Part shown: positions 13,144-28,675 of the stretch, piece by piece | Layout: the number at the start of each line of letters is the position of its first letter | How positions within the stretch are numbered: position 1 is the first letter of the stretch | From: Octopus vulgaris | Lineage: Eukaryota | Assembly: GCA_951406725.2 (NCBI GenBank) | Contig: OX597824.1 | Span: forward strand, 79,856,001-79,920,000 | Length of the DNA stretch: 64,000 nucleotides | Direction: 5' to 3' | Made by a program: the position numbers and the translations under genes | The notes under the pieces: generated by a model | The model's database searches: none | What the model was told of the DNA's origin: nothing | Seen by the model: only the letters and a program-made list of their open reading frames with translations

Positions 13144-13767
13144 CACTTATGAATTTCTGCTCGAATCAAAGCTAGGGAGAAAAGTATCATTAGAGACAAT
13201 TTAGTGAGCAGAATAACTAATCTTGACGTTATTTGCATCGATGTAACTTAAGCATTCTTGAAAGTGCTTAGCTCAGCCAGCTAAACAAAGGCAAAGACGT
13301 GAATCGAAGCAAATAAGTGAAATGAATAGAGGCACTGAAGTCGCAATTAATTAAACATACAATATTAAACAATAATAGTTAGGGGAGCAAAATTTGGTCT
13401 AAGTTTCATGCTCAAGAGAACAAATAAATAACCATTTTCTGCGCTTAATACATACATACATACATATATGTATGCACACACGCGTGCACGCACACACACA
13501 CTCATACACACACACAATTTAAAATTGTACAAGAAGTTGTGACACATTGTCAAAAAATTTGGATTCGATACACGGTTCCACAATCTACTCTTACACTCTT
13601 ATACTCCATGCAGTTTGACAATAGGCATTATATTTCTGGACAGGTTAATGTCTGGAGTTCGAGTCACGCTATATAGTAATAAGAAACGCAGAAAACTTAA
13701 TTTGAAGCTTAATATAACATACGCGCGTTTTCTTCAAGACGATTGACTACATGCGCCAGCTGATTAG

Positions 13768-13833
<66 letters not shown>

Positions 13834-14007
13834 GCATGTGCATATAATCTGATAATGCCGAGGAAGCAACGGATGATGTTACGAAGCATAGCGAACGAGG
13901 TTATATAATGATGAAAATCCACTTATTCACTTGACAAAACACGTGTATGTTATGTAAGCCGAAAAAAACAATTACGCTTTCTGTGTTGATTACTACTCCT
14001 TTTCTAC

Positions 14008-14038
<31 letters not shown>

Positions 14039-14069
14039 TTTTCTTTCTTTTCTTTCTTTCTTTCTTTCT

Positions 14070-14101
<32 letters not shown>

Positions 14102-14265
14102 TTTTCTTTCTTTCCTTCTTTCTTTTTCTTTCTTCTTTCTTTCCTTCTTTCTTACTTTCTTTTTTCTTTTCTCTCTTACTTTCTTTTTTTCATTCATTCA
14201 TTCATTCATTCATTCATTCATTCATTCATTCATTCATTCTTTCTTTTTCTTTCTTTCTTTCTTTA

Positions 14266-14379
<114 letters not shown>

Positions 14380-14447
14380 GTATGAGCATGTAAATACATA
14401 TATATGTATACATGTATAGATATTTATACGCACACACATAAACACAT

Positions 14448-14481
<34 letters not shown>

Positions 14482-14584
14482 CATATATATACACATATGT
14501 ATATTTAAATTATAGTTAGCACTCCGTTTATCACAAGGCTGTATGTGAGGAAAATGGAAAGAAAGGATTTATAAAAATATTGTG

Positions 14585-14700
<116 letters not shown>

Positions 14701-14718
14701 ATATATATATATTTATAT

Positions 14719-14835
14719 GGCCTGCTCGCTTAGCCAGCGGGGTGGCGTCATTCGAAGGCTAAAACAATGCGCACGCATTGTGACCAGCGATGTGTAGCAA
14801 TATCTGATGGTCTGGTCGGTCACGTGATCACGTGA
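14719..14835. repeat. ~120-bp interspersed repeat within (TA)n, copy 2
   Basis: Matches 1876-1995; ends in palindrome TCACGTGATCACGTGA. Confidence 0.8.
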
Positions 14836-14843
14836 TATATATA

Positions 14844-14891
<48 letters not shown>

Positions 14892-15112
14892 CGCTCAATT
14901 GTGCAGATAGGGAATATTTTCTTTTTTTCAAAGGTTATATTAAACATACGACTATGTTCGAGGTTAATTATTTTTTAATGATTTTTCACATCCCTATCAA
15001 TCTTACATGTTTAGTTGGAGGACTATAAATTTCCTAAATTTCTAAGTCGATGAATATTCTAGCAGGTCAAGTGAACATGTTGATGTTGGCATTATATTGT
15101 TGTTAATTGTGG

Positions 15113-15147
<35 letters not shown>

Positions 15148-15431
15148 CTTTTGGTGATCTTCGTATAGGTCCATTATCTTGTAAGCAATAAGAGCGAAAA
15201 TTACCACCAAGATGTAAAGCAGTGTTACCACAATGGGGTAAAAGTTTCACTCGTGTGCCAACAAGCTTATCAGGCAAGTCATAGTTTGTTCGATGACCCT
15301 TTCAGCACAGGCTAATGTCTAAAATTACAAGAGAATGACTCGACCAAAATGAATTTTCTTTAGTCCTTATTATGGTACCGAGTACTTTCTTCCAGTCGTC
15401 AGCACTAACCAGATATCTATCTGTCTGTTTG

Positions 15432-15510
<79 letters not shown>

Positions 15511-15519
15511 GTCTGTTTG

Positions 15520-15624
<105 letters not shown>

Positions 15625-15639
15625 GTATGTGTGTATATG

Positions 15640-15815
15640 TTTGTGTGTCTGTGTTTGTCCCCCCAACTTCGCTTGACAACCGATGCTGGTATGTTTATGT
15701 CCCCGTAACCTAGCGATTCGGCAAAAGAGACCGATAGAGTAAGTACTAGGCTTATAAAGAATAAGTCCAGGGATCGATTTGCTCCAGCATGGCCACAGTC
15801 AAATGACTGAAACAA

Positions 15816-15816
<1 letters not shown>
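15640..15816 (+). mobile_element. SINE family A, 3' half
   Basis: CGCTTGACAACCGATGCTGG...CAGTCAAATGACTGAAACAAGT. Confidence 0.8.
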
Positions 15817-15865
<49 letters not shown>

Positions 15866-17066
15866 CGACACCGGTGAAATTATACACACACACACACACA
15901 CACATATAGTTATATGAATGCGTTTGTCTGTCGTGTTTTTGTGTCTGTCTGTTTAGGTATCTATCCATCCATCTTGCTTTATAACCCCTTCGATCTTCGA
16001 TGTATGTCTTCCATGCCAAATAGTGTGATAGAAACTGATAATGAAACACATACACACAAACATATCAGACACCTCCCCTCCACACATACACATACACACA
16101 CACACTCGCACACAAATACATGGTGCATATATTTAATCACTTGTGGTTATTATGTATCTTTCATGTGTTAGCGGCGGCTAATAGAGGCCGGGAACGGTGG
16201 TGTGTAACTTTAGACGTGGGAGGGTCAAGAATGAAAATCTCAAATATGGCGTATCGGTTTGTGGGTGACAGAGTGAAAGAGATGGAGGCGGAAAAGCAGG
16301 GAAAAAATTTCACACACAACAAAATAGATTGATAGATAAAATAAATAGATAGCGCGTGTGTCCGTGTGTCCGTATATATATATATGTATATATGTATGTA
16401 TGTATATGTTATGGGCGTATTATATACACATATATATCAATAAAGAACGATTGTTTCTGAGCTCACACTGATAGACTGATAGGCAATCGTGATAAGATTT
16501 CCCCGCAGTAATGAGAAAGCTTCGGAAAATTGAATTAAAGTGCTGATAACTTTCAGCAGCCACGCGAGATGACCACGTTTGCGCTGTTCCCGCGAGATTC
16601 GCACGAAGCATGTCCATGAATTGTAAACAAGCCGGTTCACCTTAGACCTAAACGCTGAAAGGTAAAATTTATGGCCTTCATAAGCATTGTACACGGCGGC
16701 TAACTAACTAACTATACAGCCTTACTGTTCTCTGTATCGAGCCCTGGAAGTCGCTTGGAAGAGTCCTTAGGGATAAAGACGTAAGGTTAATGGTATTCAA
16801 CATTCTGGTAATTTCCACACGTTGGATTTTTCATTCCGCCATTGTAAAAACCATTTTCCTTTAATTTTGTTCATCTCGCCTTTTCCCTTTGCTCTCTCTT
16901 AGTCTCTTTCTTTCTCTGTCTCTCTCTTTCTGTCTTCCCTCCTTTCTCTTTCGCGCTGTGCATGCGTATGTGTGTGTGTATGTGTGTGTGTGTGTGCATA
17001 TGTAAATATATTTATGTATGTATATGTACACATATGTATGCATGTTTGTTTGTATGTATGTATGTA

Positions 17067-17108
<42 letters not shown>

Positions 17109-17109
17109 C

Positions 17110-17142
<33 letters not shown>

Positions 17143-17174
17143 TCTATATATATATATATATCTCCCTCTATCTA

Positions 17175-17217
<43 letters not shown>

Positions 17218-17427
17218 CTATCTGTTTGTCTGTCTGCTTATCAGTCTGTCTGTCTCTCCGTCTGTCTATTTCTCACTCTCTCTCACTATCACTCCCACTA
17301 TATTTAATTATTTCTCTTCCTCTATTTCTCTCCTTCTCTCTCTCCCTCCCTTCTCCCCCTCTCTGTATTACATTATCTTTCCAGCTGTTTCTCATTCAAT
17401 ATTAAACTATTTCCCTCTCTCTCATTT

Positions 17428-17549
<122 letters not shown>

Positions 17550-18121
17550 TTCTCTCTTTTTCATTCTGTGTTTTTTCCTTTTTCATCCAATTACACATTC
17601 CTTTCTTTACATCCACTAACCCTCTCACCCATCCTCCACCTTCCTACACTCAACAATTCAACAACTATCACCCCACCCTACCCCACCCCACCCCACCCAA
17701 CACCACATCACACCACACCACAACGCACCTCTCCATAGCTGACCACCCAACCTCAACACCGTATCACACCATTGCCTGGTGTCCAACCATCGTTCTCGCC
17801 GCATCCATCCACTAGCCACCAACTCACCCCGACCCCAACCCTAACCCCCAAACCCCAACCCAATCCCCCCACCCTCACCACATACTCACTTGTCCTTCAA
17901 ACAACTTCCGTTTGTGTGGACTCCCCCACCCGCCACCAACCCAAGCTCAATCACCCCCTCTCCTAACCTTCATCGATACAATCTCAGACCATTGTTCGCC
18001 ATCTTTACCGTCACCACTCAAGTCCAACTCCGCGCCGTCTACCCCCTCGCCATCACATTCACCCACCGTCAACTCAATGTCACACTATTGCCCGCTATAA
18101 TGTCCTTCTGTCTGTCTGTAT

Positions 18122-18160
<39 letters not shown>

Positions 18161-18579
18161 TCTGTGTCTGTCTCTCAGTCTCTCAATCTATCTCTATATC
18201 AGTTCTCTCGGTTTCTCTCTCACAGTATGTTTGTTTCTCTTTCTTTTTCCTTCAGTCTTTCAATACCTCTCTCTGCCTCATTCTCTTACGCTCTGTTTCT
18301 GCCTATCTCTCTGTCTCTCTGTCTCTCTCTGCTTGTCTCTGTCTGTCTGTCTGTTTGTCTCTTTCTCTCTCTCTGTCTTTATCTCTCCCCTCCTTACTTA
18401 AGTACCGTTTCCTACGTTAAGCCTTCTAAGCCTTTACAGACCCACCTCTTCCTCCTCCTCTAGCCCCTCCCCCTATCACAACCAACACCACCGTCGTCGT
18501 CGTCGTCATCATCATCATCATCATCATCATCACCACCACCATTAGTCGCCCGGGTGGCGAATAAAAGAAATTATCATTC

Positions 18580-19325
18580 GACACTGTGGTGAAGAGCTGA
18601 ACAGACGGAGCGGTTATATTAGGCCGAGAACTGATTTGGTTTAGATCTCCATGGAGATAAGAACTGGGGTCACTTGAGAAGCAGAATGGCTAATCTTAAC
18701 CAGAAATGGGTCGAAAGGAAACTTTCTCTCAAGTGTAGAATGGAGGTAGTGAACGCCTATATCCCATCTGTCATTTCCTACTTTTCTGGCCATCGTGCGT
18801 TGTCCCACTTTATGGCTGGTCAAAAAGAGCGTTTGCACTTCCACTTTCTATGGAGAGGACGGATCCTGCTAGTTAGACGATTCCTTTGTTGTCAATATTA
18901 GCTGAGTGGAAGACTGATTACAGCTGATGATGAGAAGACATGCGCAGTAGCTTGTCATTTCCAGTGTTTCCTCGATGGTGAGCAGGCATGGGCGCTGTTT
19001 GTCAGACTCGCATTTCTACAGCGTATCTCTTGACAGAAGCAGTCCTGGGTCAAGACGTATCATCATGAAGTATCATCAGATGTTCATAACCTTCTACCGA
19101 TCAGGCTATGCCGTCGGTGAATGTTCCTCCTTAACGTTTTATAGAGAATTAGTGGCGGGCAAGGGCGACATCCCCGGGGAAAGTGGGCATAAAGACGGCT
19201 CAACTGGATATTCTTTTTCGAAAAACTTTCGGTTCAAAGTGTATGGATAATTTCAAATCAATTCCTGACCTAATATTGCTACTAGGAGTATTGGCAATTC
19301 AGTGGGACAGATCTACAGGCATGAT
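18580..19325 (+). pseudogene. Tx1/L1-clade ORF2 fragment (post-RT region), decayed
   Basis: WVERKLSLKCRMEVVNAYIPSVISY, FHFLWRGRILLVRRFLCCQY, FRKTFGSKCMDNFKS; resembles the W..R.LS..GR and F.FLW motifs of L1/Tx1 ORF2; stops and frameshifts. Confidence 0.75.
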
Positions 19326-19712
19326 GGATGGAAGCACTCCGTCGGTTACGACGATGAGGGTTCCTGTTGATCCGAATCAACGGAACAGCCTGCTCGTGAA
19401 ATTAACGTGTAAGTGGCTGAGCACTCCACAGACACGTGTACCATTAACGTAGTTCTCAAGGATATTCAGCGTGACACAGAGAGTGACAAGGCCGGCCCTT
19501 TGAAATACAGGTACAACAGAAACAGGAAGTAAGAGTGAGAGAAAGTTGTGGTGAAAGAGTACAGCAGGGATCACCACCATCCCCTGCTGGAGCCGCGTGG
19601 AGCTTTAGGTGTTTTCGCTCAATAAACACTCACAACGCCCGGTCTGGGAATCGAAACCGCGATCCTATGACCGCGAGTCCGCTGCCCTAACCACTGGGCT
19701 ATTGCGCCTCCA
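19326..19712 (-). mobile_element. tRNA-derived SINE family C, full length
   Basis: Head GGAGGCGCAATAGCCCAGTGGTTAGGGCAGCGGACTCGCGG..GGTTTCGATTCCC; 13-bp TSD CTACAGGCATGAT (19313-19325, 19713-19725). Confidence 0.95.
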
Positions 19713-19734
19713 CTACAGGCATGATAGAGACCTC

Positions 19735-20100
19735 AAGTAATAGCAAGCTGGACGTGTTACAATCAATGTTATTTATAATTAGCAATGATATGTTGTAAGG
19801 AAATACCAGAATCTAAAAACTGAGATTCTGTTAAATTTGTAATATTTCAGTTTTAAGAGTTTTAAGTGAATCACAACTAATAGCCATTCAAAAACAAGAC
19901 ATTAGAACGAATTTGACTCAGTCAGACTGAAAACAAAGAATGTGTAGAAAAGGGAACGAAAAAATATTAACCGTCTGCTAAGCGATCTCAGTAAACTTGC
20001 ACAAAAAGCGTCATTAGGGATTTCTAGGACACTTAGGAAGGTTCTTGGCATCTAAGGTGTTTCTTTTCCAACAATTTCATGTGTATATGTGAAGTAACAA
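19735..20100 (+). mobile_element. Highly decayed R4/Dong-like 3' end
   Basis: KLAQKASLGISRTLRKVLGI* (stop 20053-20055) followed by (TGA)(TAA)n. Confidence 0.55.
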
Positions 20101-20117
20101 TGATGATGATGATGATG

Positions 20118-21018
<901 letters not shown>

Positions 21019-21365
21019 GATAATAATGGTAATGATGATGGTTTGCTTATTAACCTCAAAGGGTTTACATTTAGAAAAACAGTAAAGAATAAAATATTGA
21101 GTGTGTGTATGCGTGTGGGTTGTTGGGAGGGTTAAGCACGTAAACACGCATAACAAAGAAAAATTTAAAAGGAAAGCCAACAGATTACTGGCACAAAAGG
21201 TCATTGACCACTATTTAAAGAGACAGAGGAGGCGATATTTGGCAGATGTTATTTCTGAGAATGTCTTCATGAAACTCTTGGCAACACTAATTTCAAAGTC
21301 ATTATATATGCACACATATATACATACATACATACATGTACATACATACACACACACACACACAT

Positions 21366-21396
<31 letters not shown>

Positions 21397-21505
21397 TGCT
21401 CACACACACACACTCATACACACATTTATACATACATATACACACTGACACACACGCACAAATATGTACATACATACATACATACATACATATACAGACA
21501 GACAA

Positions 21506-21540
<35 letters not shown>

Positions 21541-21550
21541 GATACGTACT

Positions 21551-21581
<31 letters not shown>

Positions 21582-21584
<3 letters not shown>

Positions 21585-21796
21585 TCGCCATGTTGATTCG
21601 CTAGCCTCTGCACGCATTTTTTTCTCTCCTTGTTTCTTTCTGTGTTTCTTTTCTGTGTATCTTTCTGTTGAAGAGCGTAGGCTCGAAACGTAAAAGACTT
21701 GTTTTATTTATATTCCTGAGCGCCATACTAATACAATTGTTTGTTTGTATTCCACCTGCCTTCGTGTTTTGTTTATTTTCATAAAGCTTCCCGTTA
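21582..21796 (+). mobile_element. Short hammerhead-bearing element (Penelope LTR-like), in (TATG)n
   Basis: Shares GAGC..GCTCGAAACGTAAAA, CCTGAGCG, TTCCAC blocks with 28676-28860 and 53282-53492. Confidence 0.65.
21660..21697 (+). ncRNA. Degenerate minimal type I hammerhead ribozyme
   Basis: TCTTT-CTGTTGA-A-GAGC gtag GCTC-GAAA-CG-TA-AAAGA; core A6 changed to T. Confidence 0.5.
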
Positions 21797-22149
21797 TGTA
21801 TGTATGTATGTATGTATGTATGTATGTATGTATGTATGTATGTATGTATGTATGTATGTATGTATGTATGTATGTATGTATGTATGTATGTATGTATGTA
21901 TGTATGTATGTATGTATGTGCGTATGTAATTATAAACCAATAAAAAATATAAATATATGATAATTAAAAAGTAAATAAAAGAAGGACAAACACATTTTTC
22001 CTACGAAATTTAAATGTATTTCCTGCAGGGGAATTAAGCAGTCGACCTTGCCAAGTATCAGCAGACGTTAGAAGCAAGAACCATCTGCTGGATGAGTATC
22101 GAAAGACCCAGTTTTCGGTGATGTGATTTTGCCAACAATATGCCTTGTT

Positions 22150-22259
22150 GTCGTCGTTGCTGCTTTTATTGTTTTCGTTGTTGTTATTGTTCTTCTTTTT
22201 CACTATCGTTAGATAGCGCCACCACCGGCATTCATCATCATTATCATCATCATCGTCAT

Positions 22260-22300
<41 letters not shown>

Positions 22301-22417
22301 GCAACAACGCCAACACGACGATGACGACGACGATGACTACCATCAAAACCACCACCATCATCATCATCATCATCATCGTCATCATTGTCGTCGTCGTCGT
22401 CATCATCATCATCTTCC

Positions 22418-22453
<36 letters not shown>

Positions 22454-23038
22454 CCATCATCGTCATCATCGTCGTTGTCGTCATCATCATCATCATCATC
22501 TTCATCATCATCATCAACATTATCATCATCATCATCAACATCATCATCATCATCGTCGTCGTCGTCATCATCATCATCTTCATCAAGATCCACATGATCA
22601 TCATTATTGTCGTCATCGTCGTCGTCGTCATCATCATCATCATCATCATCATCAACATTATCATCGTTGTCAGCCTCGTCGACATCGTCCTCCTCCTCAT
22701 CACGACTATCAATCTCATCGCCATAGTCACTGTCATAACCATCAGAAACACCATTACAACTATCATCGCCATCATCATCAAAAGGCACCAACATCATCAG
22801 CAGTATCATGATTATGATCATCCTGATCATGATGATGATGATGATGATCATTATCATCACCATTATTAGCACCACCACTACCACCACCGCCGCCGCCATC
22901 ATCATTGTCCTCATCGTCCTTCTCTTCCTCCGCTTCCTCTTCTCTCCCCTTCCTGCCCCTCCTGCTCCTCCCCTTCCTCATCCCCCTCCTCCTCATCATC
23001 ATCAACAGCAGCAACAGCAACCTCCATCTCTTCATCAT

Positions 23039-23073
<35 letters not shown>

Positions 23074-23820
23074 TATTCTCATGAACATCTTCCATTTTAT
23101 CCTCCTTCACTTCCTCCTCCTCCACTTCATCATCATAATCATACACATCATCATCATCATCATCATCATCATTACTACCCTCCTTCAATTTCTCATCATC
23201 ATCGTTATCATTATCATCATGGTCATGATGATAATGATCATCATCATCAGCATTGTCTTCCTATTCTTCCACCTTCTTCTCCTTCTCCAACTCCTTCTTA
23301 TCATCCTCATCATCACCGCTACCATCCTCCTCTTCATCCAACTCCATCTCATCATCATCATGATCATCATCATCGTCCTCCTCATCTTCCTCCTTCTTCT
23401 CCTTCTCCTCTTCCTTCTCCATCTCCTCCTTATCATCTTCATCACCACCACCACCATCACCATCGTGATCTTCCTCCACCTCATCCACATGATGATGATG
23501 ATGATGATGATGATGATCATCATCATCATCATCATCATCAGCACCACCATCGTCCTCTTCATCTTCCTCCACCTTCTTCTCCTTCTCCTCTTCTTTCTCC
23601 ACCTCCTCCTTGTCATCATCATTACCACCACCACCACCATCACCATCGTGATCTTCCTCCACCTTCACCTCATCCACATGATGATGATGATGATGATGAT
23701 CATCATCATCATCACCACCACCACCATCACCATCGTGATCTTCCTCCACCTCATCCACATGATGATGATGATGACGATGATGATGATCATCATCATCATC
23801 ACCACCATCATCATTATCGT
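22150..23820. repeat. Compound (CAT/CGT/CCT/CAC)n trinucleotide tract with internal block duplications
   Basis: Block ACCACCACCATCACCATCGTGATCTTCCTCCACC..CATCCACATGATG recurs at ~23447, ~23627, ~23717. Confidence 0.9.
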
Positions 23821-24369
23821 TGTGCATCTCGGTAGTTACAAATTACAGGGTTCTGTCTCTGTGTATATACACGACGTATTTCACCAATGTCTTTCTCGTC
23901 ATTTCCAATTAACTTTAAATATCGCATGGACACCGCTTCACGCCCCTCCCTCCTCACCATCCCCCACCATCCCTCCTTCCCTCCCTCTACACCTCACCCT
24001 TCTCCCCACTGTATTTCTCACCATTTTCCCCCTCATGCCTCCTCCTCACACCGCTTCTTTCCATCTACTTCACATACCTTCGTTCTTTTCTTTCTTCCCT
24101 GGCCGTCCATCCGTTCCGTCAGCCAGCCAGCCAGCCAGCCAGCCTCCGCCACGCACGCCGCCCTCATCGCCTAGTTCAGCTCGTCATCTATCTCTAAGAA
24201 ACCTCCTGGCCGCATCCTCTCACCCACTTCCTCCGCCACCGTGGACCTCTCCTATCACCTCCAAACAACGAGCACGGGCTTAACCACGACCACGACGAGA
24301 ACCAGCCATTGCGCACACACCACCAGCACCAGCACCAGCACCAGCACCAGCACCAGCACCACCAGCACC

Positions 24370-24400
<31 letters not shown>

Positions 24401-24670
24401 CCACCACCACCACCACCACCACCACCACCACCACCACCACCACCACCACCACCACGACTACGACAACCACCATACCACCAACACCAGCCTCGTTGCAATC
24501 GTGAAGATGTCTGACGAGCAGCATTGCTGAAAACCTTATAAACACATACACAAAAACTTTAAATACATGTGCACATTCATGCACATATTAACAAACACAT
24601 GCACTTCTGCATTAACCTACACACATTCACATAAATACATGTATACACACACACATATATATGCACACAG

Positions 24671-24741
<71 letters not shown>

Positions 24742-25419
24742 CTGTGTATATATATATATATATGAATGTATATATATGTATGTATATATATATATATGTG
24801 TGTGTGTGTATATACATACACACATAAATACTTACACGCATACTCGCTTACGGATATACCCATATATGTGTGTGTGTGTGTGTGCAAAACAACCCCGCGA
24901 AGATACATGTGTGGTTGATTTACATTTCACTAACGTTACTACATAACGTTCTACACACACATGTACAATCACATAGACATATGCAGACACATACATACAT
25001 ACATACATACATACATACATACATACATACATACATACATACACACACAACCCCCCCCCATATATATATATATATACACATACAAGCATACATACATATA
25101 TACATGTATGAATAAACACATATAGACACACGCACTGACGCAGGCGCACAAATACGAATGCGTACAAAAACACAACAGGTGTATATAGCTGTTACACTCA
25201 AACACATGCTACACTAGTGTGTAGCATGTGTGTATGTGTGTGTGTGTTTGTGAATGTGTGTTTGTGCATAAATCACCTATTTGGTTTTATTACCGTTCAC
25301 ACAGACATGGATACTTACGCACACACATAGGCATACATAGATGTTTATGCAGGGCTACAATCTGACTACGTCAGACATCCACACAAGCACATACTGATGT
25401 GTATATACAAGCATAGAAC

Positions 25420-25495
<76 letters not shown>

Positions 25496-25744
25496 GTATG
25501 TATGTACGTATGTGTGTGTGTGTGTGTGTGCGTGTGTATGACTATGTGTGCGTCTGTGCGTAATTTATTTTGTACTGACAAACGAGCTGATCTCTCACTC
25601 GGTTCCATCGTCTAGAGTATAGATTTTATTATACTCTACTAAATCACCATTGAGTTCTTTATTACAGTTTGTGGTTTCCCCTGGTTTAATGAACGAACAC
25701 ATTACTATCTACATACACGCAAAGACACAGAGACACAGATATGT

Positions 25745-25765
25745 ATGTATAAGTATACATATTAC

Positions 25766-25810
<45 letters not shown>

Positions 25811-25841
25811 ATATGTATACATATACATACATATCTGTGTC

Positions 25842-25897
<56 letters not shown>

Positions 25898-26106
25898 TAT
25901 ATGTATATATATATATGCATATATGTATATATATATATATATATATATGATATGTATATATATGTATATATATATATGTATATATATATATGTATATATA
26001 TGTATATATATATATATATACATATATATACATGTATATATATGTATATATGTATATATATATATATATACATATATATACATGTATATATACATATATA
26101 TGTATA

Positions 26107-26172
<66 letters not shown>

Positions 26173-26238
26173 ATATGTATATATATATATATGCATATAT
26201 GTATATATATATATATATATATGATATGTATATATATG

Positions 26239-26304
<66 letters not shown>

Positions 26305-26384
26305 TATACATGTATATATATGTATATATGTATATATATATATATATACATATATATACATGTATATATACATATATATGTATA

Positions 26385-26477
<93 letters not shown>

Positions 26478-26480
26478 GCA
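25745..26480. repeat. Compound (TA)n tract with an internal ~276-bp duplication
   Basis: Same interrupted pattern starts at 25917 and 26193. Confidence 0.8.
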
Positions 26481-27109
26481 CACATACATATATATGCAGA
26501 TGCACATATATGTTGCCGTAATGCTTATCTGACTGCTTGTGGGTTTTCACGTGTGGGTGTGAGTGTGAGACAAATGAAGAAAGTGATCAGACGATTTCCC
26601 TTCTGCTTCCTGTCCTTACTTGAAGTATTATAAATGTTGGAACAATCAGACCGCCATGATGAGCCATGTACCAATATGGCTGCCCCATTGAACGAACGTC
26701 CATGAAATTTGAATCAACAGCAGAGAGCAGAGAGAAAATCTTCTGAACACCTCTGTTATTCATCTCAACTTTTCCAGCGAGATATTTTGAAAACAAACAA
26801 ACGAACAAACAAGCAAACAAGCTATCAATCAAACAAACAAAGTCAAACAATTGTTTGTTTTATTTTCTGGTGCATATCCATTAGATGTTTTAAATGAGTT
26901 ATTTCCCTTTAACAATGCAACGCACCTCAAAAGCTATTATGAGAAATGAATAAACCAGAACTAAAATCAAAAATTGAGAAGGCATTTTTAGAAAATGAAG
27001 ATATTTCCACATTTGGAATTCTTTGCGTATATGTGTGTTTGCGTATGTAAATATGTATGTGTATACACACACACACACACACACACATACACGTATATAT
27101 ACACACAGA

Positions 27110-27423
27110 GTCCCATTGCGCAGCACCTTGGGAAAGTGTCTTCTACTATAGCCACAGGCCGACCAGGGCCTTGTGAGTGTATTTGGTAGACGGAAACCGA
27201 AAGGATCCCGTTGTATATATGTGTGTGCGTGTATGTATCTATGTGGTTGTTTGTGTCTGTGTTTGTTCCGCCACCATCGCTTGGCAATCGATGTTGGTGT
27301 GTTTACGCCCCCGTAAAATTGGCGGCTCGGCAAAATAGACCGATAAAATAAGTACTAGGCTTATAAAGAATAAATTCCGGGGTCGATTTCTTCGACTAAA
27401 ACCCTTTAAGGCGGTATTCCAGC
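27110..27423 (+). mobile_element. SINE family A, truncated
   Basis: AGTCCCATTGCG..CACCTTGGGAAAGTGTCTTCTACTATAGCC...AAGGCGGTATTCCAGCA. Confidence 0.8.
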
Positions 27424-27491
27424 ACGCACGCACACACTCACACACACACGCACACACACACACACAAACACACACATATGTATGTATATAT

Positions 27492-27829
27492 GGGAGACCC
27501 CCTACGGTCATGAGTGACCATGGAATTGCACCTAGAAAGTTATCCTCCGTGGTACAAGTCCGGACAAGGCTGTATATGGAAGGCCAGCAGTCGCCCATGC
27601 ATACCAGCCTCTCCTCTCCACACCACTGATGTCATCCAAGGGAAAGGCAAAGGCCGATACAGCTTGGCAGCAGTGACGCTGCAACTCATTTCTACACCTG
27701 AGTGAACTGGAACAACGTGAAATAAAATGTCTTGCTCAAGAACCCAACACGCAGCCCGGTCCGGGAATCGAATTCACAACCTAAGGATTGTAACCTCAAC
27801 TCTCTAACCACTGAACCATGCGCCTTCAC
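27492..27829 (-). mobile_element. tRNA-derived SINE family D
   Basis: Head GAAGGCGCATGGTTCAGTGGTTAGAG..TTCGATTCCCGGACC; CTTGAGCAAGACATTTTATTTCAC block; TSD TATGTATATAT (27481-27491, 27830-27840). Confidence 0.9.
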
Positions 27830-27851
27830 TATGTATATATATAATCTATAA

Positions 27852-27938
<87 letters not shown>

Positions 27939-27958
27939 CATATATATATATATGTTTG

Positions 27959-27989
<31 letters not shown>

Positions 27990-28014
27990 GTGCATATATA
28001 TATATGTTTGTATG

Positions 28015-28046
<32 letters not shown>

Positions 28047-28500
28047 TATATGTATATATATATATACACATACATAAAGAAATATATATACATACACACA
28101 CACACACGCACACACACATATATGCAATACATATACGAACGCGTATACTTACATTCATTCAAACAAACATACACATATATTTACACATGTACATGATGCA
28201 CTGGTGTTTGTGTATGGGTGTGTGTGTGTGTGTGTGTGTGTGCGTTTGCGTGTGTGTGTGTTTCTGTATGTGTGTATATGTGCATTCACGGTTTAGGTTG
28301 TCTAAGTTGCTCATTAAGTTTTCACTTCGGTAAATAGACCCGTTAAAATAAGTACAATGATGTGTATGTTCATTCTTAATATATTCTGGCAGATTTGAAC
28401 GGGAATACGCCAATCGGTGTTGTTTTCCGTATACAGAGAACAACTACTCATTTCAGACAATTTATGTTCACGACATACTCGATTCATTGAGGTTAAAGGA

Positions 28501-28549
28501 CTTTGAGGCACCGCATCGTTTCGTCATACTTGTGACTCTTCAGTCAAGG
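28501..28549 (-). ncRNA. Degenerate type I hammerhead ribozyme
   Basis: CCTTGA-CTGAAGA-GTCA caagta TGAC-GAAA-CGATGCGGTG-CC-TCAAAG; cleavage triplet GCC rather than GUC. Confidence 0.5.
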
Positions 28550-28631
28550 CTACACCCGTGTCAACTAATTTGAACAACATTTGTAGCCACTCGTTATGGA
28601 AATTAGCAAACAAATGATCTGATGCGTGCTG

Positions 28632-28662
<31 letters not shown>

Positions 28663-28675
28663 TGTATGTATGTAT

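Noticed and set aside
17820-17880. Interstitial telomere-like CCCTAA sequence
   Set aside because: Only one exact unit in a C-rich low-complexity tract
19640-19712. tRNA gene-like sequences (also ~34680-34750, ~27755-27829, ~63050-63124)
   Set aside because: They are SINE heads: continuous with repeat bodies and bounded by TSDs
22808-24283. 491-aa ORF and overlapping poly-H/poly-D/poly-I ORFs
   Set aside because: Produced by trinucleotide repeats open in several frames on both strands; no domain or splice evidence
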